The notes below the pieces were generated by a model. That model made no database searches. It was given only the letters and a program-made list of their open reading frames with translations, and was not told where the DNA came from. From Lentisphaerota bacterium (GTDB lineage Bacteria > Verrucomicrobiota > Lentisphaeria > Victivallales > Victivallaceae), in assembly GCA_024225035.1 (NCBI GenBank), contig JAAEMX010000211.1, positions 22,658 to 86,657 on the forward strand: a DNA stretch of 64,000 nt. Direction: 5' to 3'. Position 1 is the first letter of the stretch, and every line of letters starts with the position of its first letter. Below, in pieces: positions 1 to 8,998 of this stretch. The position numbers and the translations under genes were made by a program.

Positions 1-501
1 TTGACAAACATGATTGACACCGCACGACGAGTTTCGTGCGGTGCCAATGTGCAATTGTTGCGCTATATAGTCATCCAGAATAAGAATATTGTTAAGGATG
101 TCTTTGAAACAACAGCCTGGGGCGGATTTGTCACTCCGCGCCGCACACCCGAGTTTGGGAAAAATGCCCCTCTTACATTCATAGCAGTTACCGCCCTTGG
201 CGATAGCACTGAGATAATTCATGCTAACGCCGGGGCAGCCATCCAGGCAATGCAGTATGCGGCTTGGGATGTTGGACTTGGATGTTGTTGGATTGGAGCA
301 TTTAATAAGCAAAAAGCTTCAGAGATTTTAGAAATACCTACAGAATCAACGTTGCTTTACTTGCTTGCGGTGGGGTATCCTGACGAAGCTCCGGTACAGG
401 ACGATATTGATATGAGTGGCTCTGCCAAATACTATCTCGATGATAATGACGTGTTACACGTCCCGAAATATAAGGTCGAATCTATTACCGAATGGCGGTA
501 A
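1..501 (+). CDS. nitroreductase family protein, 5' partial (runs off window start)
   Basis: C-terminal nitroreductase-fold motifs (GLGCCWIGAF, LLAVGYPDE); the ORF has no start codon inside the window. Confidence 0.7.
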   Translation: MTNMIDTARRVSCGANVQLLRYIVIQNKNIVKDVFETTAWGGFVTPRRTPEFGKNAPLTFIAVTALGDSTEIIHANAGAAIQAMQYAAWDVGLGCCWIGAFNKQKASEILEIPTESTLLYLLAVGYPDEAPVQDDIDMSGSAKYYLDDNDVLHVPKYKVESITEWR

Positions 502-514
502 TAGTAATCTAAAA

Positions 515-1498
515 ATGGAAATTTCTTTCGCAACTGATATACTTACTGTTAATATCTTACTTTTTGTTGTTGGTCTTGCATTGCTGATAAAAGGGTGTGA
601 TTTTTTTATTGACGCTGCAGCCCAAATTGCCCGGGAATTCAAAATTCCTGAAATTGTAATTGGCCTCACCTTGGTGAGCATTGGCACCTCTCTTCCTGAA
701 TTTGCAACTGATATTTATGCATCAGTCCAAGGGCAGGGGAATATTGTTATTGGGGATTTAGTTGGTAGTAATATTACCAATATATCGCTGGTTCTTGGGG
801 TGGGAATAATGCTGACTGGTGGAATGTCTATTCCTAAGCATCTCATAAAAAGGGATGCTCTTTTTATGCTTGGGTCATTTTTCCTGGTTGGCGGTATTGC
901 TTTTATTGCTAATGGCGAACTGCCTCGCTGGAGCGGTGTAATTTTATTGATTCTTATGACAGGCTACTTTATTTACCTGTTTAAAAATCGCAATGCCCTT
1001 GCTGAACTTGAAGAAGGCGAGGAACATGAAGAAGCTGCATTTAAGTCTATTAAGGTAGCTTGGATATTTCTGTTGATTGGTTTAGTCATGATTTTTATTG
1101 GTGCAAAAGCTTTGGTTGACAACGTGATTTACGTGGCTAACCGTTTACACCTTAACAAAGCCTTGATTGCTGCGACAGTTGTTGCATTTGGCACCTCTGT
1201 TCCTGAACTGGCTGTAACGATCGGAAGCGTGATCAAGAACAAGAAATCAATAGCACTTGGTAATATTATAGGTAGTTGCATATTTAATCTGGTTTTTATC
1301 ATGGGACTGTGTGCTATTATCAATCCTATTCCAGTTGCAAAGGAAATTCTTTACGTAATAAATCCGATTATGATACTTTGCGGTATCATGCTGGTGGTTT
1401 TTATGCGTACTGGCTGGCGCCTTGTCAGACTAGAAGGCATAATCTTTTTACTCACTTATGTCGGATTTATTATCTATAACGTTTTCAAGGTCTGTTGA
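515..1498 (+). CDS. Ca2+/Na+ antiporter, CaCA (YrbG/NCKX-like) family
   Basis: Two alpha-repeat signatures (GLTLVSIGTSLPEF and VAFGTSVPELAV) and about 10 TM helices. Start set at the first Met after the upstream stop (ATG at 515). Confidence 0.8.
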   Translation: MEISFATDILTVNILLFVVGLALLIKGCDFFIDAAAQIAREFKIPEIVIGLTLVSIGTSLPEFATDIYASVQGQGNIVIGDLVGSNITNISLVLGVGIMLTGGMSIPKHLIKRDALFMLGSFFLVGGIAFIANGELPRWSGVILLILMTGYFIYLFKNRNALAELEEGEEHEEAAFKSIKVAWIFLLIGLVMIFIGAKALVDNVIYVANRLHLNKALIAATVVAFGTSVPELAVTIGSVIKNKKSIALGNIIGSCIFNLVFIMGLCAIINPIPVAKEILYVINPIMILCGIMLVVFMRTGWRLVRLEGIIFLLTYVGFIIYNVFKVC

Positions 1499-2260
1499 AC
1501 TCGGAGCATCTTCGGTTTTGCTGAGATGCTCATTGAATAAAACAGTTCCTCCTGCCACTGCCGCTGGTAATAGTAAGATCATTGCCAGCGGAATCAGTGA
1601 GAAAACATAAGCTGCAAGGCCAAACCCTAACACTTTCATTCTATTTCCGCGCAAATGTACTTTATATTCTTTTCGTCTGATTTTCCTGTGTTCAGCGCTG
1701 TATACAAGGAACGATAAAGCAAAAAAGTATCCCACAATCAATGCATAAAGAATCGGCCCCACTACTGGAATAAAAATTGATACCGGCAGCAGTAGCAGCG
1801 TCCACAAAATAGTTATAATATTAAGAACAATTCCGTCATATATTGAATGGGTAGTGCACACTACAAACTTCCATCCCTTGGGCTCTTTATAGTCATATTT
1901 AAACTCTTTGGCTTCCAATTTTGCTACCATAGTATCAAAAAAAGGTGATGACAAGGCTGTATAGATAGTTGTTACCCCCATTAGTAATATACTGAATCCA
2001 ACCAGAAACGCCGCAGTCGCGGTCAACCAACGCAATGGGTAAATAAAAAATTTAAGCCATTCTGCATGCGCGGCAGGGTCAGGTAAAAATGAAAGTAACC
2101 ATGGATTGAGAAATTGGAAGTAAGCCCATATTCCAATACTGTAAAGAGCTATAATAATCAGCATAGGAATTATTGCATAGTGCCAGTAACGATAGTTACC
2201 GTAGAATAATTTAACTCCGTGAAAGAAAGTTTTTGCGCCAGTAAGAATGTCCTTAATCAT
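1448..2260 (-). CDS. polytopic membrane protein, possibly EI24/CysZ-like family
   Basis: 270 aa with several hydrophobic helices and no catalytic motif. Its 3' end overlaps the convergent antiporter by about 50 nt. Confidence 0.4.
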   Translation of the reverse strand: MIKDILTGAKTFFHGVKLFYGNYRYWHYAIIPMLIIIALYSIGIWAYFQFLNPWLLSFLPDPAAHAEWLKFFIYPLRWLTATAAFLVGFSILLMGVTTIYTALSSPFFDTMVAKLEAKEFKYDYKEPKGWKFVVCTTHSIYDGIVLNIITILWTLLLLPVSIFIPVVGPILYALIVGYFFALSFLVYSAEHRKIRRKEYKVHLRGNRMKVLGFGLAAYVFSLIPLAMILLLPAAVAGGTVLFNEHLSKTEDAPSSTDLENVIDNKSDISE

Positions 2261-2332
2261 TTTGCAGTCCGAGCCTCATAATTATTATTAACAATAAAAT
2301 ATAATATTGCTCGCCTGTGTAATAAAGCAAAT

Positions 2333-2366
2333 AAAAAAAACACTGCTTAAGAAAGCAGTGTTTTAT
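2333..2366 (-). terminator. rho-independent terminator downstream of the NifX/MinD cluster (minus strand)
   Basis: Inverted repeat aaaacactgctt/aagcagtgtttt with a 4-nt loop. An A8 run on the plus strand gives a U8 tail in the minus-strand transcript. Confidence 0.6.
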
Positions 2367-2395
2367 ACCATACCATTTAACGTGCAGGAAATGTT

Positions 2396-2743
2396 TTAGT
2401 GGGAACAGGCATTTTCTCCTGTACTCAAACTTTCGTTTAAAAAAGCTTCAACAATTTTCTTAGGAGCTTCAGCAGGAGCTCCGGTAACAACTTTGATCCC
2501 CGCATCATTTAATAACTGCTGAGCACGCATTCCCATGCCTCCGGCAATAACTAAATTAACACCGTTTTCATTTAGCCAGCGAGGTAAAACTCCAGGCTCG
2601 TGAGGTGGTGGTGTTTGAAATTCGCTATTAGTTATAGTTTGATTTTCATCCACTTCGATAAAGTTAAACTCTTGACAATGTCCGAAGTGCATACACAGGA
2701 CTCCATTTGCTACAGGTAAAGCTAATTTCATTTTTGTCTCCAT
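2396..2743 (-). CDS. NifX/NifB-type dinitrogenase FeMo-cofactor-binding domain protein
   Basis: About 115 aa with the typical NifX-NifB fold motifs (LALPVANGVL..HFGHCQEF, VNLVIAGGMGMRAQQLL..GIKVV). Confidence 0.8.
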   Translation of the reverse strand: METKMKLALPVANGVLCMHFGHCQEFNFIEVDENQTITNSEFQTPPPHEPGVLPRWLNENGVNLVIAGGMGMRAQQLLNDAGIKVVTGAPAEAPKKIVEAFLNESLSTGENACSH

Positions 2744-2752
2744 TTTTATTAA

Positions 2753-3049
2753 TTAAATTTCAAATACTTCTTGTATTTTATTACTTATTTCAATGACTGC
2801 GTCACGGACAGGGCAGTGGGCCGATTCGATCAGGTTGCAGCTGTTAGTTATTGCTACTCCAACATCTTCATCAAAAGGGACTTCACCAATTACCGGCACA
2901 TTAAGAACTTTACATTTTTCTTTTATTGTTTCCGTTTCTTTCAGGTTAATATCGTATTTATTGATGACCACTCCTGCGTTGATGCCAAAGTGTTTTGTCA
3001 GCTTTAAAGCCCTAAGCATATCATGAGTACCTGACAAGCTCAGTAACAA
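2753..3049 (-). CDS. C-terminal fragment of a MinD/CooC-like ATPase, separated from its N-terminal part by a frameshift near 3041
   Basis: The HFGINAGVVINKYD..PVIGEVPFDE segment aligns to the C-terminus (HMDIPTGIVINRSG..IPILSKI) of the intact paralogue at 3787-4554. The ORF begins with TTG and sits in a different frame from 3021-3749. Confidence 0.5.
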   Translation of the reverse strand: MLLSLSGTHDMLRALKLTKHFGINAGVVINKYDINLKETETIKEKCKVLNVPVIGEVPFDEDVGVAITNSCNLIESAHCPVRDAVIEISNKIQEVFEI

Positions 3050-3749
3050 TTAAGGCTACTCGACAGCCTGTAACTGATGCAATAACAGGACAGCCTGTTC
3101 CGGGAGGTCCATCGCCAATGACTTTAGACACGTGTTCAGTTATGGCCATGTTTAATGCCTGATTTCTGACTTGTGTCACCAACTTGCCTGAATTTTCCTC
3201 TCCAATGTTCAGAAATGCGTGTGCCAACTTTCCATATTTGCTTTCGGCAGTATAAACAAAACCGGTATTTCCGGGATTCATTTTTATTGCATCATATGGA
3301 CACACCAGTTTGCAAAGACCGCAGCCTTCACAGGCGCTTTCAATTACTTCGAAATAGCCGTTTGAACCAAGTTTTATGGCTCCAAATCGGCAAAGGGAAG
3401 CACTTTTTCCACATTTTATACATTTATCCTTTACTATCTCAGCCTTAGCGCCGGAAGTAAAAAGTCTTGAAGTAAGCGGTTCGCTTTTTAAAAGAATTGG
3501 TAAATTTGAAGCATCAACATCTGCATCAAAAAATACTGAACCGGGACGCATAGCGGCAAGGGCTGCAGTTAAAGTTGTCTTACCAGTCCCCCCTTTCCCG
3601 CTTATTATAACAATCTCATTTTTGACTTTGTGCTCATTAACGCTTACCGGTGTTGAAATGTAATCGACTTTTTCTAATTTGCCCGAAATAAATTTTGACT
3701 TTTGTCCTGATTCTTTCAAATCAATAATTTTATCAGCAAGCTCTTTCAT
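3021..3749 (-). CDS. MinD/ParA-family P-loop ATPase with inserted 2x[4Fe-4S] ferredoxin domain (N-terminal part; frameshifted gene)
   Basis: Walker A motif ISGKGGTGKTT, then CIKCGKSASLC..CEGCGLCKLVCP ferredoxin motifs, then DGPPGTGCPV. Start reassigned to Met (MKELADK) at 3749 to avoid overlapping the upstream paralogue. The reading frame stops where the paralogue continues. Confidence 0.7.
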   Translation of the reverse strand: MKELADKIIDLKESGQKSKFISGKLEKVDYISTPVSVNEHKVKNEIVIISGKGGTGKTTLTAALAAMRPGSVFFDADVDASNLPILLKSEPLTSRLFTSGAKAEIVKDKCIKCGKSASLCRFGAIKLGSNGYFEVIESACEGCGLCKLVCPYDAIKMNPGNTGFVYTAESKYGKLAHAFLNIGEENSGKLVTQVRNQALNMAITEHVSKVIGDGPPGTGCPVIASVTGCRVALIVTELVRYS

Positions 3750-3786
3750 TACACCAGCTATTTCCGGGTGAGCTTCAGCAAGAAAA

Positions 3787-4554
3787 TCACCTTTTGAATA
3801 GCTTACAGCGTATTTTTGACAGAATTGGAATGTTTGCCTCTGCAGCAAAATCTTCAATGATTTTATCATTTTTACCGGAACGGTTGATTACAATTCCAGT
3901 CGGGATATCCATGTGAGAACTGAGTTGTGCTGCGAGTTTCAAGTCATTCAATCCGAACGGTGTGGGTTCTGTAACCAGCAAGGTGATACTTGCATTAGTC
4001 AGTGTTTCACGTACGGCGCAACCGCACCCCGGTGAAGCATCGAGAATGTTAATGTGATTATCATTCAGCTCTTTTCGAAGATCCTTGATTATATCAGGTG
4101 CTTGTACTTGCCCAATATCAAGTTCACCCCATGAAAGTTTGAATGGTAAACCTACATTGACCTTATGGATTGAACCAATGCGGACATCATGACTGTTTAT
4201 GGCTTTTTGCGGGCAGACATATGAGCAAGCGCCACAAGCATGACACATTTCTTCAAAAACCAACGGTTTGCCACCAATAACAGTTACAGCATTATAGTTG
4301 CAAACTTTGGCGCATTTTCCGCAACCATCGCAACCATCGCTGTTGAATTTTGGTTTTGGTAGACAAACTGGGGTATTTGAAGCCAGCCTCGTATCCAGAA
4401 AGAGGTGATCATTGGGAGCTTCGACATCACAGTCTACTAAATGAACTTTTCGATCATTATTTTGACTCAAAGTCCAAGCTAAATTAACGGCCACAGTTGT
4501 TTTACCAGTACCGCCTTTTCCACTTGCAATACAGATTTGCATGACTACATCCAA
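3787..4554 (-). CDS. MinD/ParA-family P-loop ATPase with inserted 2x[4Fe-4S] ferredoxin domain (intact)
   Basis: Walker A motif IASGKGGTGKTT, then CDGCGKCAKVC and CHACGACSYVCP motifs, and a MinD-type C-terminus. This is the classic partner of NifX-like proteins in anaerobes. Confidence 0.85.
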   Translation of the reverse strand: MDVVMQICIASGKGGTGKTTVAVNLAWTLSQNNDRKVHLVDCDVEAPNDHLFLDTRLASNTPVCLPKPKFNSDGCDGCGKCAKVCNYNAVTVIGGKPLVFEEMCHACGACSYVCPQKAINSHDVRIGSIHKVNVGLPFKLSWGELDIGQVQAPDIIKDLRKELNDNHINILDASPGCGCAVRETLTNASITLLVTEPTPFGLNDLKLAAQLSSHMDIPTGIVINRSGKNDKIIEDFAAEANIPILSKIRCKLFKR

Positions 4555-4907
4555 TGTCCTTCAACGTTAGGAACTTCAGCAGAAGTAAGAGCTCCCTGTT
4601 CGAATTTTTTAACAAGATCCTGTATCGTACCTTCCACGCCGCAAATGACTTGTATGCCAGCTGCTTTGAGTGTGCGGAATGCCTTAGGACCGCAATGTCC
4701 GCAAAGCACACAATCTGCCCCCATATTAACTACGTGAGTTGCAGCTTGAATTCCTGCCCCCTGAGCCGCATTCAGGTTTTGAGAATTATCAGTGTAAGAG
4801 GTTTCATTTGTTTCTGTATTGTAAACTAAAAAACCGGGGCAACGGCCAAAACGTTGATCAAGAGAGCTGCTAAGAGTTTTTCCCGCAGCGGCGAATGCTA
4901 ATTTCAT
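4545..4907 (-). CDS. NifX/NifB-type FeMo-cofactor-binding domain protein
   Basis: About 120 aa with NifX-NifB fold motifs (LAFAAAGKTL..RFGRCPGFLVY, MGADCVLCGHCGPKAF..GIQV). Confidence 0.8.
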   Translation of the reverse strand: MKLAFAAAGKTLSSSLDQRFGRCPGFLVYNTETNETSYTDNSQNLNAAQGAGIQAATHVVNMGADCVLCGHCGPKAFRTLKAAGIQVICGVEGTIQDLVKKFEQGALTSAEVPNVEGHWM

Positions 4908-4924
4908 TATTATACCTGTGTGAT

Positions 4925-5161
4925 TTAATTGTTAGAAAAGCCGTTTCTAAATCCACCTCTGAAGCCGGCGCCACGCCCTCTGCGCATACCTTGACAGCAA
5001 CCTCTACCAAACCCTCGTCGTCGACCAAAGCCGAAACCTGCATTATTAGCATTCTCCCCTGTCTGGTTATTCTGCGGTTGAATTTGATTACGACAAGGCC
5101 CCATTCCACGACCAGTGAAGGCGCCTTGTCCCAGCGGTCCAGTTCCATCCATACCAGGCAT
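4925..5161 (-). CDS. DUF5320-family Gly/Arg-rich protein
   Basis: The N-terminus MPGMDGTGPLGQGAFTGRGMGPC matches the DUF5320 signature (MPrgDGTGPmGmGPmTGRG), followed by GFGRGRG repeats. Preferred over the overlapping alternative-frame ORF 4870-5148. Confidence 0.55.
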   Translation of the reverse strand: MPGMDGTGPLGQGAFTGRGMGPCRNQIQPQNNQTGENANNAGFGFGRRRGFGRGCCQGMRRGRGAGFRGGFRNGFSNN

Positions 5162-5220
5162 GATACTCTCCCACGTTATTTGGTTTTAAAATATTATGCA
5201 GTTATAAGCTGCATCTAAAA

Positions 5221-5691
5221 TCAATTGTTTTCTCTGCCGCGACCGTTGCCGCGTCTCTTTCGTCCTCTAAAGAAAAATTCTTCTTTAAAGGCATCATCAG
5301 GAATTTCCTGCTCAGAGCTTTTACATTCAGGACAGTTGGTTTGTTCCTGTTTAGTTTTGCGCCATACTAATCCGCAATTTCCGCACCTTTGCATTGAGTC
5401 AGAATAGCTAATCCCGGTTGACACAATGCGTAGAGCTTTACCATTAACAAGGGCATCTGCTATTTTCTGTCTTGCCCTCTTTATTATGTTGCCAAAAGTT
5501 TGACGTGATACGTTCATTTTCTCTGCTGCGTCATTTTGGTAGAGGTTTTCTACATCAGCCAGCCGTATTGCTTCAAGCTCATCAATTGTCAATTCAACTT
5601 CTGAAAGCATTGACATTGGCACACTGCGCGGTTTGTAATAATCCGCCTTAAAACAGCCACCAATTTTGCGATTTTTAAAAGGTCTTGGCAT
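5221..5691 (-). CDS. DUF134 (UPF0251) family predicted DNA-binding protein
   Basis: Starts MPRPFKNRK..YYKP, followed by a sigma-70 region-4-like HTH (LTIDELEAIRLADVENLYQNDAAEKMNVSRQTF) and a C-terminal CxxC..CxxC Zn-ribbon. It is the first gene of the nif-like cluster. Confidence 0.7.
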   Translation of the reverse strand: MPRPFKNRKIGGCFKADYYKPRSVPMSMLSEVELTIDELEAIRLADVENLYQNDAAEKMNVSRQTFGNIIKRARQKIADALVNGKALRIVSTGISYSDSMQRCGNCGLVWRKTKQEQTNCPECKSSEQEIPDDAFKEEFFFRGRKRRGNGRGRENN

Positions 5692-5727
5692 AAATTAAAA
5701 TCTTTTTATTATTGGCATATGCTATTT

Positions 5728-5755
5728 ATTATAGTGAAAAAAAATGCCATTGCAA
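5728..5755 (-). promoter_or_regulatory. putative sigma-70 promoter for the DUF134 / NifX / MinD cluster
   Basis: On the minus strand, TTGCAA is followed after 16 nt by TATAAT, about 35 nt upstream of the DUF134 start codon. Confidence 0.4.
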
Positions 5756-5798
5756 CCCGTTAAAAGGCTGTAATGGCAAAAATATTGAAAATTATTTA

Positions 5799-6791
5799 TT
5801 AAGAGAATAACTTTGAGGATACATCCACAGGAGTAACAACCCCAACCGGACTTCCTGATCTGTCCCGAACTGCTAAAAGTCTACAGTTAAGTTTTTGAGC
5901 AGTGGCAATCACATCCGGTATATCTTCACTTTCCTGTAAGGAGTAAAGCTGTTTCATGCAGTCTTCGACTTTGGTTATATTCCATTCACTTTCATCTAAA
6001 GAGAAAATTGCTTTGTAAATACTGAAAACACCAACCCAGTTCAGCTGTTTTATATCTTCAGGAATTTCGCGTCTGGCTCTAACGGGGAGTCGTGAAACAT
6101 CGTGCTTTCTGCACAGTTCCGCAGCTTCTTTAACGGTTGCTCTGGCAGGTATCATAATAACCTTTTCAACAGGTGTAAGTATATCACTTACCCTCAGGTT
6201 ATAGAAATCCAAAGACCGGTCAAGAATATCAGCCGCTTCATTGTCGATAACTCCTTCATTTTCGCTGTCACGAATCAATACACGAAAATCTTCGCGCATA
6301 AGAAGTGAAGTTTTGTCTGTGTTTTCATCAGGCTTGAAAATTCGGAGGCATAAACTTGTAATAGAAGCCATGACCCATGATGCCGGGTACAGCACAAAAT
6401 ATACTACCATCAGAAGCGGCGCAAAGAACAGGCAGCGATTCTCAGGATCCTCTCTGAACCAATTCTTAGGAAGTATTTCCGGTATCAGCATTACTAATGG
6501 CAGTATACAGGAAATGAGTATAGTTCCTATATATTCAGGCATCCCGGCATAGATTACAAAACGCTTGGCGAAGACTGAAGCTGAGGTAAGGCAAATATTA
6601 GTGCCCACCAGCATTGTTGCCAGCATGAACCCAGGCCGTTTCAATACGTAATCTATAAACAGGGCTCGTTTGCTTCCCTTTCTTATATGAGTCATTATAC
6701 GCGGTTTTTGACAAGAGATAAGGCCGATTTCGTTACCTGTAAAGAATGCCATCAGTGTTAGTGTTATGATAAGAAGTATGAGGTATGTCAT
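5799..6791 (-). CDS. CNNM/DUF21 + CBS-pair family membrane protein (HlyC/CorC-type transporter)
   Basis: N-terminal DUF21 motif (FFTGNEIGLIS..LVGTNICLTSASVFA) and tandem CBS domains. It overlaps the upstream paralogue by 4 nt. Confidence 0.8.
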   Translation of the reverse strand: MTYLILLIITLTLMAFFTGNEIGLISCQKPRIMTHIRKGSKRALFIDYVLKRPGFMLATMLVGTNICLTSASVFAKRFVIYAGMPEYIGTILISCILPLVMLIPEILPKNWFREDPENRCLFFAPLLMVVYFVLYPASWVMASITSLCLRIFKPDENTDKTSLLMREDFRVLIRDSENEGVIDNEAADILDRSLDFYNLRVSDILTPVEKVIMIPARATVKEAAELCRKHDVSRLPVRARREIPEDIKQLNWVGVFSIYKAIFSLDESEWNITKVEDCMKQLYSLQESEDIPDVIATAQKLNCRLLAVRDRSGSPVGVVTPVDVSSKLFS

Positions 6792-8086
6792 GCTGTCCCC
6801 TCACTAGCTTCGACTGGTGGCTGATGTGGTAACTTTTTAACTCTTATTTTTATCACTCTTCGTCTGGAAATAGCTTCAGCATGCATAATTATTCCATCAA
6901 CGTTTGCTTCATCTCCTGCAACAGGTATCTTGCCTGCAAGTTCGCAAAAGAGGCCGTTTACAGTACTTGATTCAAATTCTTCTGGAATTTCAATCTTTAA
7001 AGTTTCCTCAAGAGCAAACAGCGGCATCATACCTTGAACCAGCCATTCATTTTTATCTGTTTTCTCTATACTGTATTCAGGTTGATTGTACACTGTTTCG
7101 ACATCCCCTGTGAGTTGAGCATATATTTCTTTCAGTGAAATCAATCCGGTTGTCCGTCCGTACTCATCCACCACGAGAGCTGCGGATATATTTTTAGACC
7201 GCATGGTATTGAGCGCCAAAGTCAGGTTTGAGTTAGCAGGTATGAACTCAGTGTTAAACGAACATGTTTTGTCCCATGCTTGACGCTCATCAACAGAATT
7301 CAGGAAAAACTTTTTTGCAGACAATAGACACTCGGTGTCATCAATATCTTTGTTTATTACCGGGTAAAATTCACGTTTTTCTTCCCGTATGATTTTGCCA
7401 ACTTCTTCAGGTGACATTGTCTTATTCACATTAACCAGGTCAATACGGCAGGTCATTATTTCTTCAGCCGTAATCTCACGTAATTGAAAAGCTGATTCAA
7501 GAAGTGCGAGTTCTTTTCGCGTAAAAGCCCCGACAGAAGCCGACATTTCCAGATAAGAAGAATATTCCTCAGGAGTGAGGGCCTCGTGTGTTTTGCGTCC
7601 TATTAAATTAAGAATTATATTAAAAAACTTGTCAGTAACCCAGATTATCGGGAACAGCAGTTTTCTGAGGTATAATATTGGCAATGCGATTTTTTCAGAG
7701 ATTGGTTCAGCATAGATTAGGGCAATTGTTTTTGGTGCTATTTCACCAAATATCAGCAATACAACTACTGAAAAAGAAATCGTAATTACTTTTTGTAAAA
7801 TTGGGCTAAAGTTTTTAAAAGAAGCAAAGATAGCATCATTTGATAATGTTAACCCGGTATTAACAAGTATATTACCGAAGACAATACCAATCAGAGTAAA
7901 CTGATAAGTCTTCATGAGTTTCACAATGGCCTGCCGCTGCTTTGATGCATCAGATTTATAACTTAATAGACGCGCTCTGCTTAGTGAAAAAAGTGCAGTT
8001 TCCGAACATGAGAAAATAGCGGAAAGGGTGATGCACACAAAAAGCAGGATGAAGTTTATGTAGTTCTCTGCCAGGAAATTCAACAT
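6788..8086 (-). CDS. CNNM/DUF21 + CBS + CorC_HlyC family protein (putative Mg2+/Co2+ efflux)
   Basis: DUF21 motif (IFSCSETALFSL), a CBS pair and a C-terminal CorC_HlyC transporter-associated domain. Start moved to MLNFLAENY (8086), which has a GGAGGG Shine-Dalgarno 7 nt upstream. Confidence 0.8.
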   Translation of the reverse strand: MLNFLAENYINFILLFVCITLSAIFSCSETALFSLSRARLLSYKSDASKQRQAIVKLMKTYQFTLIGIVFGNILVNTGLTLSNDAIFASFKNFSPILQKVITISFSVVVLLIFGEIAPKTIALIYAEPISEKIALPILYLRKLLFPIIWVTDKFFNIILNLIGRKTHEALTPEEYSSYLEMSASVGAFTRKELALLESAFQLREITAEEIMTCRIDLVNVNKTMSPEEVGKIIREEKREFYPVINKDIDDTECLLSAKKFFLNSVDERQAWDKTCSFNTEFIPANSNLTLALNTMRSKNISAALVVDEYGRTTGLISLKEIYAQLTGDVETVYNQPEYSIEKTDKNEWLVQGMMPLFALEETLKIEIPEEFESSTVNGLFCELAGKIPVAGDEANVDGIIMHAEAISRRRVIKIRVKKLPHQPPVEASEGTA

Positions 8087-8383
8087 GTGAACCCTCCACG
8101 GCATAAAAAGCACAATATTCCTTTTGCAACTGGGACTAAAACGATAGACGAGTTATTAATAGACCAGGGGTCTGGTGGTTCGTCGCTGCCTAAGTCAGGC
8201 GTTTCTTCTTTCATGGTTTTTAAAAATATCTCCATTTTGTTTAAAGATTGTTGTAATATAATTCATAATTATATAAAACGCAAATATAAATACTCTCTCC
8301 TCAGTAACTTATTTTGGTTGCTTTTAAGAATATTGAGAATTATAATATGCAATTCTATATATAAATAATAACAATTTAAAAAT

Positions 8384-8917
8384 ATGCTTCATATGAATAT
8401 TACCGTAAGGCAGGAAGTTAAGCGTGATTACGCTGTTGTTTTCGAAATTAACAAAGCCGCATTTGAACAGAATGAAGAGGCTGAGCTTGTAGACGCATTG
8501 CGCAAAAGTAAGGCATTCATCCCGGAGTTATCATTAGTTGCGGTTGCAGGATGCAAAGCTGTTGGTCATATACTGTTTACTAAGGCTATCATCAAAAACG
8601 AGTCTGGAGAAGAGTTTGAAAGTCTTGCTTTAGCTCCAATGGCAGTGCATCCAGATTTTCAAATGGCTGGAATCGGCAGTAAAATGATAAATTATGGGCT
8701 GGACAAAGGCAGAGAGTTAGGTTTTAAGTCCGTTACCGTACTGGGGCATGATATGTATTACCCAAAGTTTGGTTTTATGCCGGCATCCAATTGGAATATA
8801 CGAGTACCTTTTGACGTTCCTGAAAATATCTTTATGGCTATTGAACTGACTCCCGGCGGATTGGATGGTGTTTCAGGGATTGTTCATTATGCTGATGAAT
8901 TCCAGTCTGTGTGCTAA
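8384..8917 (+). CDS. GNAT family N-acetyltransferase
   Basis: Acetyl-CoA-binding-fold motifs (VAVAGCKAVGHILF, QMAGIGSKMINYGLD) and a typical size of 177 aa. Confidence 0.75.
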   Translation: MLHMNITVRQEVKRDYAVVFEINKAAFEQNEEAELVDALRKSKAFIPELSLVAVAGCKAVGHILFTKAIIKNESGEEFESLALAPMAVHPDFQMAGIGSKMINYGLDKGRELGFKSVTVLGHDMYYPKFGFMPASNWNIRVPFDVPENIFMAIELTPGGLDGVSGIVHYADEFQSVC

Positions 8918-8998
8918 GTAAAAAGTGTCATTAAGAGTTTGAATTTTGACCTGCTGAAGACTACTTTTAACAATCGTAAAAACGACAGGAAACTTTCA

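Noticed and set aside
1448-1498. 51-nt 3'-3' overlap of convergent genes (antiporter and membrane protein)
   Set aside because: Plausible as is, or the minus-strand ORF C-terminus is over-called. Not enough to call antisense regulation.
4870-5148. Alternative-frame ORF overlapping the DUF5320 gene
   Set aside because: The other frame (4925-5161) gives the recognisable MPGxDGTGP..GRG signature. This one has no features.
8087-8368. 93-aa ORF in the AT-rich intergenic region upstream of the GNAT gene
   Set aside because: Low-complexity AT-rich sequence with no Shine-Dalgarno and no motifs. More likely a promoter region.
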